From positions 79,360 to 143,359 of the forward strand of contig CALXJI010000003.1 of assembly GCA_944388585.1 (NCBI GenBank): a stretch of 64,000 bases of DNA, given 5' to 3'. The translations under genes and the position numbers were made by a program. Positions 28,413-37,276 of this stretch are shown here, piece after piece. The notes below the pieces were generated by a model, which was not told where the DNA came from, made no database searches, and saw only the letters and a program-made list of their open reading frames with translations. Every line of letters begins with the position of its first letter. Position 1 is the stretch's first letter. This stretch comes from an uncultured Clostridia bacterium. Lineage in GTDB: Bacteria > Bacillota > Clostridia > TANB77 > CAG-465.

Positions 28413-29717
28413 TCATCTTACGATGATGTCCAAGATGCTCTTGTCCATGACCACAGCCGAGTCTTTCTCAATTTTTGCGTAATTCTGAACAGTCTGTTTG
28501 ATGTCGGAACTTACGATGCCAACGTCGTCTGTAATGCACCCCTTGCCACTAAGTGCAAGATCAGCCGCATACATTCCGGCGGAGACACACGCACACACCT
28601 TCATTGCACAGGTGCTTTTTGCACCGTCGCAAAACATACCAGACACAGTACCAAGCATATTCTGAATCGCATATTCTGCCTGCTTATAATCACCGCCAAG
28701 AAGATATACGATACCAGTAGTTGCTCCAGTACTTGCGATGACAGCTCCGCACAAATGAGAAAGAACATTAAGTTCTTTCTTAATGTACATTGCCGTCAAG
28801 TCAGCTACTGCCACAGCACGAAGCATCTTTTCTTCAGAAGCTCCGATTTCTTTTGCCACCTGTACAACAGGCAACGTGGTAGTAAGGCCCTGATTTCCGC
28901 TTCCAGTGCACGCCATTACAGCTAACGGTGCTCCACCCATTCTTGCATCAATTGCAGAAGTGGTCGTAGAGATAACCCTGGAGAAGATTGTATCTTCACC
29001 GAAAGGCTGAGCCTTTCCTACATTAAGTCCGTAGTTTGTAACTTTACCGTGCTCACTAATTGCAGTATTGAGTTCCACAGCTTTTTTGAAGATAGAGAGG
29101 TCATCAGTGGTATTTGCATACTCAAAGATTTCCTTCATGGTAATTTCTTCATACTCAGCTTTGCTGTCAGTGGTGCTGTCAGCTTCGCCTTCACTCATCT
29201 TAGAGTGAATAACTTCACCGTTCCGTTCGATGAGAACAACATTTGTGTGCTCATCTTCGATTACGACCCTCGCCATGTTGCAACAACAACAGCAACAACA
29301 GCTCTTCTTCGAAGAATCTTCCTTGCCATAAGCAGTGACCTGGATAAAAAGAGATTTCGGCGAATCGGTAATCTTCACCGACACATTATCCTTGGAAAAT
29401 TCATAGGCATAATCCTGATCCTCTTTTGCAACATTGCCAAGAAGTTCAAAACCATCCTCAGACTTTCCAAACAGGCCACCCTCTGCAGTCACGAATGCTG
29501 CGCCAACGTAGTTGGAGCCAGGTACACCAGCATCCATTGCATTCTTAGCCATATTAGGGCTAAGTTCAACTTCAAATCTGGTAGGCTCTTCGCCCAGTGC
29601 TTCTTTTGCAATAGCACTTGCATATGCAATTGCAATAGGCTCTGTGCATCCAGTGGATACTAACAAATACTTGTCCATCAGTTTCTGAATTTTGTGTTTC
29701 TGTTTCGTGGTAAGCAT
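28413..29717 (-). CDS. L-cysteine desulfidase-like (CyuA/YhaM, UPF0597, serine-dehydratase-like) with internal 7-Cys run
   Basis: STGCTEPIAIAYASAIA N-terminal signature of UPF0597/CyuA; ~435 aa from the ATG at 29717 (SD AAAGGAGGAAAAATT; the longer ORF to 29798 is unlikely); SCCCCCCCN insert; GC ~48%. Confidence 0.6.
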   Translation of the reverse strand: MLTTKQKHKIQKLMDKYLLVSTGCTEPIAIAYASAIAKEALGEEPTRFEVELSPNMAKNAMDAGVPGSNYVGAAFVTAEGGLFGKSEDGFELLGNVAKEDQDYAYEFSKDNVSVKITDSPKSLFIQVTAYGKEDSSKKSCCCCCCCNMARVVIEDEHTNVVLIERNGEVIHSKMSEGEADSTTDSKAEYEEITMKEIFEYANTTDDLSIFKKAVELNTAISEHGKVTNYGLNVGKAQPFGEDTIFSRVISTTTSAIDARMGGAPLAVMACTGSGNQGLTTTLPVVQVAKEIGASEEKMLRAVAVADLTAMYIKKELNVLSHLCGAVIASTGATTGIVYLLGGDYKQAEYAIQNMLGTVSGMFCDGAKSTCAMKVCACVSAGMYAADLALSGKGCITDDVGIVSSDIKQTVQNYAKIEKDSAVVMDKSILDIIVR

Positions 29718-29855
29718 AATTTTTCCTCCTTTACTACGAAAAACCATAACCAATTGCAACAAGTAATCAAACACCATGTGGATGTAATTACACCACATTT
29801 AAATATGTTTAATTACAAGAAGAATTTTATCACTATTACATTTATATGTCAACAC

Positions 29856-29876
29856 CAAAACGCAAATAATTTGCGT
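29856..29876. promoter_or_regulatory. perfect 10-1-10 palindrome AAACGCAAAT-A-ATTTGCGTTT in divergent intergenic region (candidate operator)
   Basis: Exact inverted repeat centred between the divergent CyuA-like gene and the 30006 gene; no upstream gene for which it could be a terminator. Confidence 0.4.
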
Positions 29877-30005
29877 TTTTGCTATTTTTATTCTTTTTTA
29901 GATACTTTTTTTTACATTTCTATTGATTTTTAAGCTTTTTTATGTTATATTAAAGTCCTGTAGCAGTTGGCTATTCTTATCTTATTAGAAAGGAAGGTTA
30001 TTGTC

Positions 30006-30425
30006 ATGTTATCAATTATGAACGTAGAACTCATTCAATTTCAACAAGCACGGTTCATGTCCGAAGATAATCATCGCTACCTCGAAAAGGGAAAGAAAAT
30101 AAAAAAACATCTTTCTCTTTCGGAAGATGAAGAAGACACTTTGAAAGCTCTTGAGGGCAAAGACCTCACTGCAAGATCATTGATTCTCTATCAAAAGCTT
30201 CTCATTAAAAAAGCACTCTACGAAGGTGTTAACAATGGGAGATTTCTGTATGAGATTGATTTTGGTGTTCCTCTTGAAGAAGAGGTAAAGCAGTGGTCAA
30301 GAACTTTCGGATATGCATTAAGTGCTAAATCTAACACAATTTGGGTTACTGGTCGTGACGGCTGGCAGTATGAGTCAATTGACTCTCCACCCCCTTCTAA
30401 AACGGAATTCACCTTGCTTTGGTGA
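30006..30425 (+). CDS. hypothetical protein (139 aa), GC-rich, divergent from the CyuA-like gene
   Basis: SD GAAAGGAAGG before the ATG at 30006 (ORF track starts at 29967); no known motif. Confidence 0.4.
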   Translation: MLSIMNVELIQFQQARFMSEDNHRYLEKGKKIKKHLSLSEDEEDTLKALEGKDLTARSLILYQKLLIKKALYEGVNNGRFLYEIDFGVPLEEEVKQWSRTFGYALSAKSNTIWVTGRDGWQYESIDSPPPSKTEFTLLW

Positions 30426-30463
30426 AATATTCCACAAAAAATGAATGCTTAGACAATCATTTC

Positions 30464-30492
30464 CACCGAGTAAAATCGGTGGTTTTTATTTA
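30464..30492 (+). terminator. intrinsic terminator
   Basis: CCACCGA-gtaaaa-TCGGTGG followed by TTTTTATTT. Confidence 0.75.
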
Positions 30493-30660
30493 TTCACTCT
30501 AATTCAATTTTTTTAATTACATTACATATTCTACTACTCTATATTATCATCTTACACAAATATTTATTAATATTATTTAATTTTAACTTTTATCTATTTA
30601 TATTATTATCATAAAAACGAATTAAAAACATATATTATAATATATATTTTAAAAAGGAGA

Positions 30661-31578
30661 ATGTATATGAATAATATGAATAATTCATATCCATCAATAC
30701 CATATGTTGGATATAAAAATAAAAACATAAAAATACCTATTACTTTCAAAGGCCAACATCAATCAGTTCAGCCTGGAATGGAATATAAAATGGAACCATT
30801 ACCTATATTTGAAAACCCAAATTATTCTCCAAGTGATAAACTAAAAAATAAAACAGTCATTATTTCTGGTGGAGATAGTGGAATAGGAAGAGCGATAAGC
30901 GTTTTATTTGCAAAAGAGGGAGCAGATATTGTTATTAACTATTTAAACGAACACGAAGATGCTAATTTTACAAAAAAAAGTGTAGAAAAACATGGTAGAA
31001 AGTGTTTACTTATTCCTGGAGATTTAAGAGAAGAAAAATTATCCCAAGAAATAGTAAATAAAACTATATCTACTTTTGGAAAAATAGATATTCTAATAAA
31101 TAATTGTGGAGTTCAATATCCTCAAGACAGTATTCTAGATATATCTAGCAAGCAATTAAAAGATACATTTGAAACTAATATCTTTACCTTCTTTTATTTG
31201 ACGAAAGCTGTTTTACCACATTTAAAAGAAAACAGTAGTATTATTAATACAACTTCAATTACAGCCTTCGACGGAAAAAAGAATTTAATAGACTACTCAG
31301 CTACAAAAGGAGCAATAACTGTATTTACAAAATCTCTTGCACTATCACTTGCAGACAAAAAAATTCGCGTCAATGCCGTTGCTCCCGGTCCAATATGGAC
31401 ACCTCTTATTCCGTCGTCTTTTAGCATAGAAGAAGTAGAAATATTTGGTACAGAAACTCCTCTTAAAAGAGCAGGTCAACCCTTTGAGCTTGCACCAGCA
31501 TATTTGTATCTTGCAAGTGATGAATCAAGATATGTAACAGGGCAAATATTACACGTAAATGGTGGGACTATTGTATAG
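30661..31578 (+). CDS. SDR-family oxidoreductase (YhdF-like)
   Basis: VIISGGDSGIGRAISVLFAKEGADIVINY Rossmann motif; NNCG; Y..K active-site spacing. Confidence 0.7.
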   Translation: MYMNNMNNSYPSIPYVGYKNKNIKIPITFKGQHQSVQPGMEYKMEPLPIFENPNYSPSDKLKNKTVIISGGDSGIGRAISVLFAKEGADIVINYLNEHEDANFTKKSVEKHGRKCLLIPGDLREEKLSQEIVNKTISTFGKIDILINNCGVQYPQDSILDISSKQLKDTFETNIFTFFYLTKAVLPHLKENSSIINTTSITAFDGKKNLIDYSATKGAITVFTKSLALSLADKKIRVNAVAPGPIWTPLIPSSFSIEEVEIFGTETPLKRAGQPFELAPAYLYLASDESRYVTGQILHVNGGTIV

Positions 31579-31605
31579 ATAATATACAATAAATATGCTA
31601 TAATA

Positions 31606-32082
31606 TTGTCGGTGATAGAATTGGAAGAATTAGTAAAATATTTTAAGAAATATAATCTAGAATCTAGAATTAAAACTTTTTCATCTTCTTCTGCAACAGT
31701 AGAACTTGCTGCTAAAGCTTTAAACTGTAATCCAGAAAATATAGCAAAGACTTTATCATTTGATGTAAACAATAATACAATATTAATAGTAACAGCAGGA
31801 GATATGAAAATAGATAATGCTAAATTTAAAAACAAATTCAATGTAAAGCCTAAAATGTTAAAGTTAGAAGAAGTCGAAGAAAAAACTGGATATCCTGTAG
31901 GAGGAGTTTGTCCTTTTAATCTAAAAAATAATATACATGTGTTTTTAGATTTATCTTTAAAAAGATTTGAAAAAATATATCCTGCATGTGGAACTCCAAA
32001 TAGTGCTATATTACTTACTATTGAAGAACTTGAAAAATACTCTGATTTTACTGAATGGATAGATGTATGCAAAAGAAAGTGA
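31606..32082 (+). CDS. YbaK/ProX-type aminoacyl-tRNA deacylase domain protein
   Basis: 158 aa; pattern of the YbaK/EbsC trans-editing domain (..VKTLSF..; GYPVGGVCPF). Confidence 0.55.
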   Translation: MSVIELEELVKYFKKYNLESRIKTFSSSSATVELAAKALNCNPENIAKTLSFDVNNNTILIVTAGDMKIDNAKFKNKFNVKPKMLKLEEVEEKTGYPVGGVCPFNLKNNIHVFLDLSLKRFEKIYPACGTPNSAILLTIEELEKYSDFTEWIDVCKRK

Positions 32083-32149
32083 ACCCAACTAGGTTCACTT
32101 TAAAATTACTTATTACAATAATGTATCATCAAAAATTAATATTTCTTAA

Positions 32150-32683
32150 TTAGCTTTTATATACATCTTTTCCATATCTATTCTTTATTTTTATCTTTAT
32201 CCTTCTTATTCTTGTTCTAATAGTCTTTTCATTAGTATTTAAAATCGTTCCTATTTCTGCAGTAGTATATCCACGAGAAAAATACAAAATAACAATTGTT
32301 TTTTCGTCTTTAGACAAAAAATCTATTAAATTAAATAAATCTATATTACTATCTACTTCAATATATTCATCATTAGTTTCAAAGTAATTATCACACTCTA
32401 AATCGTCATAAGAATAAAAATTTCTCATATTATTTCTCATTATATTATTACAATTATTTATTAAAACCCTAGTTATCCATCCATTAAAAGAGCCATCATT
32501 TCTTAAAGTATTTATGTTTCTAAATGTTTGATATATTGTCTCTTGAACAGCATCTTTTATATCTTCATCTTGATCCAATCTACTTTTTGCAATAACAAAT
32601 AGCTTTCTTTCATACAACTCAATTAATTTAGCAAAAGCATCCTTATCTCCTTCTTTTGATCTTTTAATTAAATTCTCTTCCAT
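32150..32683 (-). CDS. ECF-type RNA polymerase sigma factor
   Basis: Region 2 DAVQETIYQTF; region 4 GYTTAEIGTILNTNEKTIRTRIRRIK. Confidence 0.7.
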   Translation of the reverse strand: MEENLIKRSKEGDKDAFAKLIELYERKLFVIAKSRLDQDEDIKDAVQETIYQTFRNINTLRNDGSFNGWITRVLINNCNNIMRNNMRNFYSYDDLECDNYFETNDEYIEVDSNIDLFNLIDFLSKDEKTIVILYFSRGYTTAEIGTILNTNEKTIRTRIRRIKIKIKNRYGKDVYKS

Positions 32684-32778
32684 ATTTTCCCCTCTTCTTA
32701 TTCACACGAAAATTATATCATAAAAAATAGGATTTAGGTATTTCATTCCTAAATCCCAATAATGATTTTAGAGTAAAT

Positions 32779-33546
32779 TTATTCATTAGTGATATAAGTA
32801 TCTATATACTCTTGTAATGATTCGAACTCTCCAGTTTCATTATTTTTTATCTCCAATGAAGATATATCTAGATTCTGAACAGCAACCCTTGATTTATTTT
32901 GTTGTATATTTAGTTCTCTCAAACCATTTCCAAGTCCTATTACCTCGTATTGCTCATCTGAATTTTCTTTTAAATATACTAAATAGCTCTTTCCAGATTC
33001 TATTTCTATATCACCAGATATCAATACATTAATGTAAGTATTATCTAAATCAATACTTGTATTATTCTCAGAACGTAGGTATTCACGCTTTAAATTAGCT
33101 GCATCCGGTTGAGTTTCTTCCCAATCTGACATTTTCATTATTCCACCTGGTTTTGTATACTCTATAACTTGTCCTTGTTCTAATTCTCCTTTTAAAACAG
33201 TATTAATAAGCATTTTACCATCTGTCATTCCAATTAAACTTCCTTCAGGATCAGCCCCATCTAATGAAATAACAGTTGCAAGTGCAATACAATCAGCATC
33301 TTCACCTAACTTATTTGGTGTAAATTCTTCTACTAAGCAAAGCTGTGTAACACAATCATATGTTGAATTTTTAATTTCATCTGTAATATAACTTGTTATC
33401 TCATATGTCTGCTCCTTAATATTTGAATTTTCTTTAACCTCACCATATAGATTGTCATTTTTTAATTTATATCCTACTAAAACAGTAAAATATAATAGAA
33501 CAATAACACTTGCCACAACAACAACAATCTTTTTTTTCATAAACAT
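32779..33546 (-). CDS. membrane-anchored extracytoplasmic protein (signal-anchor N-terminus)
   Basis: MFMKKKIVVVVASVIVLLYFTVLVGY signal anchor; remainder hydrophilic, acidic; sits upstream of the ECF sigma gene. Confidence 0.35.
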   Translation of the reverse strand: MFMKKKIVVVVASVIVLLYFTVLVGYKLKNDNLYGEVKENSNIKEQTYEITSYITDEIKNSTYDCVTQLCLVEEFTPNKLGEDADCIALATVISLDGADPEGSLIGMTDGKMLINTVLKGELEQGQVIEYTKPGGIMKMSDWEETQPDAANLKREYLRSENNTSIDLDNTYINVLISGDIEIESGKSYLVYLKENSDEQYEVIGLGNGLRELNIQQNKSRVAVQNLDISSLEIKNNETGEFESLQEYIDTYITNE

Positions 33547-33702
33547 TCCCCCTCTTTAAATAACTTACACCTAATAAAATTTGAGCTAAATATAAAATGT
33601 ACAAACTCAATATTGCCATTTCTTTAACTGCATCTACTATAATAGACGGAAAATTTATGAAATTTGTTTCAAAAAACAAAAAAATCTTAAAAATTACAAT
33701 TT

Positions 33703-34188
33703 TTAAGACTCTTTTTGTATTATTTTGTCATTTTTTATTACAAAATGTTTAATATTATTTGTTAATCCTTTTATTATTTCTTGCTTTAGAAAATCTGGTT
33801 TAAACTTATCTAATTGATTAATAGAGATCCATTTAAATTCTAGCAAAGTACCATCTTGTTCTTTCTTAATATAGTCTTTCAAATCTACTTTATCCTTAAA
33901 TTCTAATAAATAATATAATCCTAATTCATGACATTTTACTCTTTTACTATAAAAAAAATTTTCTGTTACATATAATAATCTTTTTATACTTACATTCATG
34001 TCTGTTTCTTCCTTAAACTCTCGTATAATAGCTTCTTTGCTATCTTCATTTAGCTCAACATGTCCACCAGGTAAGCAAAAAAAATCATTATCATTTATTT
34101 TTACACATAGTAATTTATTATTATTTATTGCTATACCAGATACCCTATATTTAAATCTGATATTATATTTTTCTAATTCAATATCCAT
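33703..34188 (-). CDS. NUDIX hydrolase
   Basis: Nudix box GGHVELNEDSKEAIIREFKEETDMNV (G.5E.7REUXEEXGU). Confidence 0.8.
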   Translation of the reverse strand: MDIELEKYNIRFKYRVSGIAINNNKLLCVKINDNDFFCLPGGHVELNEDSKEAIIREFKEETDMNVSIKRLLYVTENFFYSKRVKCHELGLYYLLEFKDKVDLKDYIKKEQDGTLLEFKWISINQLDKFKPDFLKQEIIKGLTNNIKHFVIKNDKIIQKES

Positions 34189-34197
34189 ATACCCTCA

Positions 34198-35094
34198 CTA
34201 AATAGATTTTGTATCTACATATCTAGCTGGTTTTATATCAAAATTAACCGGCTGCGATAAAGCTGTTAATATATTTTTTCTAATATCTCCATCTAAATAT
34301 TTTATATCATTTTCATCTGATTGAATACATTGTTTTAATTTTCCTGAGCTTGTTACTCTTAAATGCATTTTTTTACATACGTCACATTCTCTTATCCTAC
34401 AATGTGAGTGAAAAAATGTTACAGCTATAAAATCATCACTATCAACTCCATGATATTCTTTAAATAATTCATCAAATTTAGAAGTTAAGTTGAAATCTGA
34501 TAATATTCTATCTTTCATTTTTAAATATTCTATGTCAGTAGAGTCAGCAACTTCATTTTTCACTTCTTCTAAAATTTTTATTCTTATTTTATTCTTCTTT
34601 GCCCAATCAACTAATTTATATAAATTATTATAATCACCATTATATACAGTAGAAATAGTAACATTAACACCTGTTTCTTTTACTTTTAAAATATTTTCTA
34701 AAGCTTTTTTAGAGCTAATACCAACAGGTGATTGTTTAGATATTGGAGCATCATAATAGTCTAATCCAACTACAACTCTATATATCCATCCCTTTTTAAT
34801 CATATACATTAACTTGTCTATTTCAACTATATTAGTATTTATTCCAACTTTTAAATGATACTTTTCTGCAAGCATCTGACATATATCATAAATTTCTTTA
34901 TGAATAAGTGGTTCTCCTCCAGTAAGTCTAACTTGCTCTAAGCCCAAATCATATGAATTTTTTATTAATTTTTCTATATCATCTTTTGATAATTGATTAA
35001 TTATCTTATTTCCCTCATTATGACAATAAACACATTTCATATTACATGCTGATGTTATAGATATTCTATATTCATTTTTTGGCAATTGTAACAT
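34198..35094 (-). CDS. MoaA-like radical SAM enzyme (two Fe-S cluster motifs)
   Basis: CNMKCVYC (CxxxCxxC) plus RLTGGEPL SAM motif; C-terminal C-x2-C-x13-C (CDVCKKMHLRVTSSGKLKQC), the MoaA auxiliary-cluster spacing; 298 aa; no moaC/moaB/mog neighbours. Confidence 0.6.
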   Translation of the reverse strand: MLQLPKNEYRISITSACNMKCVYCHNEGNKIINQLSKDDIEKLIKNSYDLGLEQVRLTGGEPLIHKEIYDICQMLAEKYHLKVGINTNIVEIDKLMYMIKKGWIYRVVVGLDYYDAPISKQSPVGISSKKALENILKVKETGVNVTISTVYNGDYNNLYKLVDWAKKNKIRIKILEEVKNEVADSTDIEYLKMKDRILSDFNLTSKFDELFKEYHGVDSDDFIAVTFFHSHCRIRECDVCKKMHLRVTSSGKLKQCIQSDENDIKYLDGDIRKNILTALSQPVNFDIKPARYVDTKSI

Positions 35095-35117
35095 TTTACT
35101 TCCTCTCCTTTAAAAAA

Positions 35118-35891
35118 TTAATATCTTTTTTTACCCAAATCTATTCTTAAATTATCAAAATTTAAATCATATTTTCTAGTAGAATATTTATATAGTTCAT
35201 TTATTCTTTCCAGTTTTTGTTCTTTTGTTGTTCCTTCTTCTATTGCATTAAAAAATAGTTGTATAAAATTCTTTTCAGGAATTTTCTTATGTTGTGCTAA
35301 TTGTAATCTCTCATTTGTATACAATTTGTATATTTTTGTTTGTGACAAATTTGAAAAGCCATTTAATTTATGATAAAAATCTCTTATTCTTTCAACTGTT
35401 AAAAAATAATAATTTTCAAAATAAGGATCATTTTGTATTCTTAATTCATTTAAAGCTAAAACTGCTTTATGAATTCCTGCAATCTGATATATTGCCTCAT
35501 GTTTTGTATAACATGGTAATGGTCTGGAATATTTCTCTTTTATATATGCTACTAAGTCTGAAATTTTTCCATTTCTATCAAATATTACTTCACCATATCC
35601 AATCATTGATAATAATGAATCTTCACATTTCATATAATCTGAATTTGCACGTTCATAAATTTTTGATATTGTTCTTTCAAAATACTCTACTTGTATTCCA
35701 TTAACATTTTTATATCCTTTTATTTGATTTGTGTCTGAATCATCATCATACAATATCATTAAATCTATGTCTGAAAACTCATTTGCTGTTTGAGTATGAT
35801 AGCTACCATAAAAGATTATACCTTCTACTTCTTCATTTTTTAAATAATTCATATCATCTATAAATTTATTTAAAGCATCTCTATAATTCAT
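35118..35891 (-). CDS. nucleotidyltransferase-domain protein (Pol-beta superfamily, KNTase/ANT-like two-domain architecture)
   Basis: GSYHTQTANEFSDIDLMILYDDDSD (G[SG]..9-13 DhD) NTase motif plus a helical C-terminal domain; SD GAGGTG before the internal ATG at 35891 (the ORF extends to 35972). Confidence 0.55.
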   Translation of the reverse strand: MNYRDALNKFIDDMNYLKNEEVEGIIFYGSYHTQTANEFSDIDLMILYDDDSDTNQIKGYKNVNGIQVEYFERTISKIYERANSDYMKCEDSLLSMIGYGEVIFDRNGKISDLVAYIKEKYSRPLPCYTKHEAIYQIAGIHKAVLALNELRIQNDPYFENYYFLTVERIRDFYHKLNGFSNLSQTKIYKLYTNERLQLAQHKKIPEKNFIQLFFNAIEEGTTKEQKLERINELYKYSTRKYDLNFDNLRIDLGKKRY

Positions 35892-36014
35892 AAAACACCT
35901 CAAAAAAATCCAATAGAAATTTTTATAATTTCTACTGGACATAATTATACCATATAATATTACTTTTTTCAATACTACAAAGATAATATTTTACATAAAT
36001 TAATTTCATAACTA

Positions 36015-36176
36015 TTTAATTTTTATTTTTATTCTTTTATGATCGATTTTCATATCTTCTATTTCTATTTCTTTAAGCTCTGCAGGTGAATCATCTATAT
36101 TGCCAGAATATATAATATCTTCATTCTGATAAATATCAACATCATAACATCTTATATCTTTAATCCACATAAATAT
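36015..36176 (-). CDS. small hypothetical ORF (53 aa) below the ORF-track cut-off
   Basis: MWIKDIRCYDVDIYQNEDIIYSGNIDDSPAELKEIEIEDMKIDHKRIKIKIK; ends 4 nt before the ylbF-like gene start. Confidence 0.25.
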
Positions 36177-36179
36177 CAC

Positions 36180-36527
36180 CTAAAACTTTACCAACTCTTC
36201 TATTGCTTCACCCATTGATTTTTGTAAATCTGCTAATATTATATTTATTTTCATTTCACATTCTAAAATTTTTCTACAATCATCATTTTGAATTACAATA
36301 GAATATAAATTTTCCATCTCTTGTTGTTTTTCTTTAGAAATATCTTTACCATTTAAATAACTAATTTGTACTTCATTTTGCTTCTCTTTAAAGTCTTTTA
36401 ACATGTTATATACTTCATTATTCTTTTTTAAATTTTCTTTTAAATCTAAATATTCTTTATACTCTTGAGTTTCTTTAAAAGATTCAACAAGTTTATTAAT
36501 ATTTTCATGAAAATTCATTAATATCAT
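36180..36527 (-). CDS. YlbF/YmcA (YheA, UPF0342) family regulator
   Basis: 115 aa; helical pattern ESFKETQEYKEYLDLKENL..MLKDFKEKQNEVQ..ECEMKINIILADLQKSMGEAIEEL collinear with the B. subtilis YheA/YmcA family. Confidence 0.55.
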   Translation of the reverse strand: MILMNFHENINKLVESFKETQEYKEYLDLKENLKKNNEVYNMLKDFKEKQNEVQISYLNGKDISKEKQQEMENLYSIVIQNDDCRKILECEMKINIILADLQKSMGEAIEELVKF

Positions 36528-36581
36528 CCTTTCTTTAGGATAATATTATATAACATTTTGATTATTTTTTAAACACTTTAT

Positions 36582-37274
36582 TTAAATTTCATCTAAACTA
36601 CTACAAATATCATATTGTGTTTTTGTAAGCTTTTGTTTTCTAACATTTACTAACTCCGTTATATTTTGAATTATATTATTCTCATTTATACAATCATTAT
36701 TAAAATTCACCTTATATTTTAACTTATTTAATTTATTAGCTATTTCTTTTATCTGTCTTAAATCAAAATTATCATATGCATCATACCAATCATTACACAA
36801 TTCCTTAAAGTCATCTACTTTATTCATACATTTTTCAACATTCAAATCTATTTTCTTTTTAAATTCTGTACTTGAAATAAAGCTTTTTAAATCTCCAAAA
36901 AAATCATCTATATAATTATAAAATATATTTCCATATTTTTTTGTTGTACTAACTATATCTATTCCAATGTTGATACAATTAGATAAGCCTCCCTTAAATG
37001 CAGCTTCCACCATTTTATTAATTTCACTAATATTTTTTTCTGGTACTCCTGCTATTTCAAGGCCTTCTTTTATACTACTTGTAAGTGCAGTATTCAATAT
37101 TTTTAAAAAATCTCCCTGTTTTAATACTTTCTTTACATCAATTAAAACCTCTTTAATATGTTCATTTACTGGCATTCCTTTAATAACATAATTTGCACCT
37201 TTATCTATTATATTTAATATTATATTCATAAGTTCTTCTTTATTCTTTTCTACTTCTAAATCTTCTTTTTGCAT
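36582..37274 (-). CDS. hypothetical soluble protein (230 aa), third gene of the ATPase operon
   Basis: No recognisable motif; 2-nt gap to the upstream ATPase gene. Confidence 0.3.
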   Translation of the reverse strand: MQKEDLEVEKNKEELMNIILNIIDKGANYVIKGMPVNEHIKEVLIDVKKVLKQGDFLKILNTALTSSIKEGLEIAGVPEKNISEINKMVEAAFKGGLSNCINIGIDIVSTTKKYGNIFYNYIDDFFGDLKSFISSTEFKKKIDLNVEKCMNKVDDFKELCNDWYDAYDNFDLRQIKEIANKLNKLKYKVNFNNDCINENNIIQNITELVNVRKQKLTKTQYDICSSLDEI

Positions 37275-37276
37275 TT

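Noticed and set aside
31476-32072. 198-aa minus-strand ORF overlapping the SDR and YbaK genes
   Set aside because: Entirely antisense to two well-supported + strand genes; low-complexity translation; no SD.
33467-33679. 70-aa minus-strand ORF with a CCCC run (KKDCCCCGKCYCS) that looked like another Cys-rich leader
   Set aside because: The Cys codons are the out-of-frame reading of the Val/Ala codons (KKKIVVVVAS) at the signal-anchor of the real gene 32779-33546 that it overlaps; no SD or regulatory context.
34198-35094. Prokaryotic viperin (pVip) call for the radical SAM gene
   Set aside because: The protein carries a second C-x2-C-x13-C cluster motif and the TGGEPL/TTNG-like pattern of MoaA, which viperins lack; so it is called MoaA-like, although the context is non-canonical.
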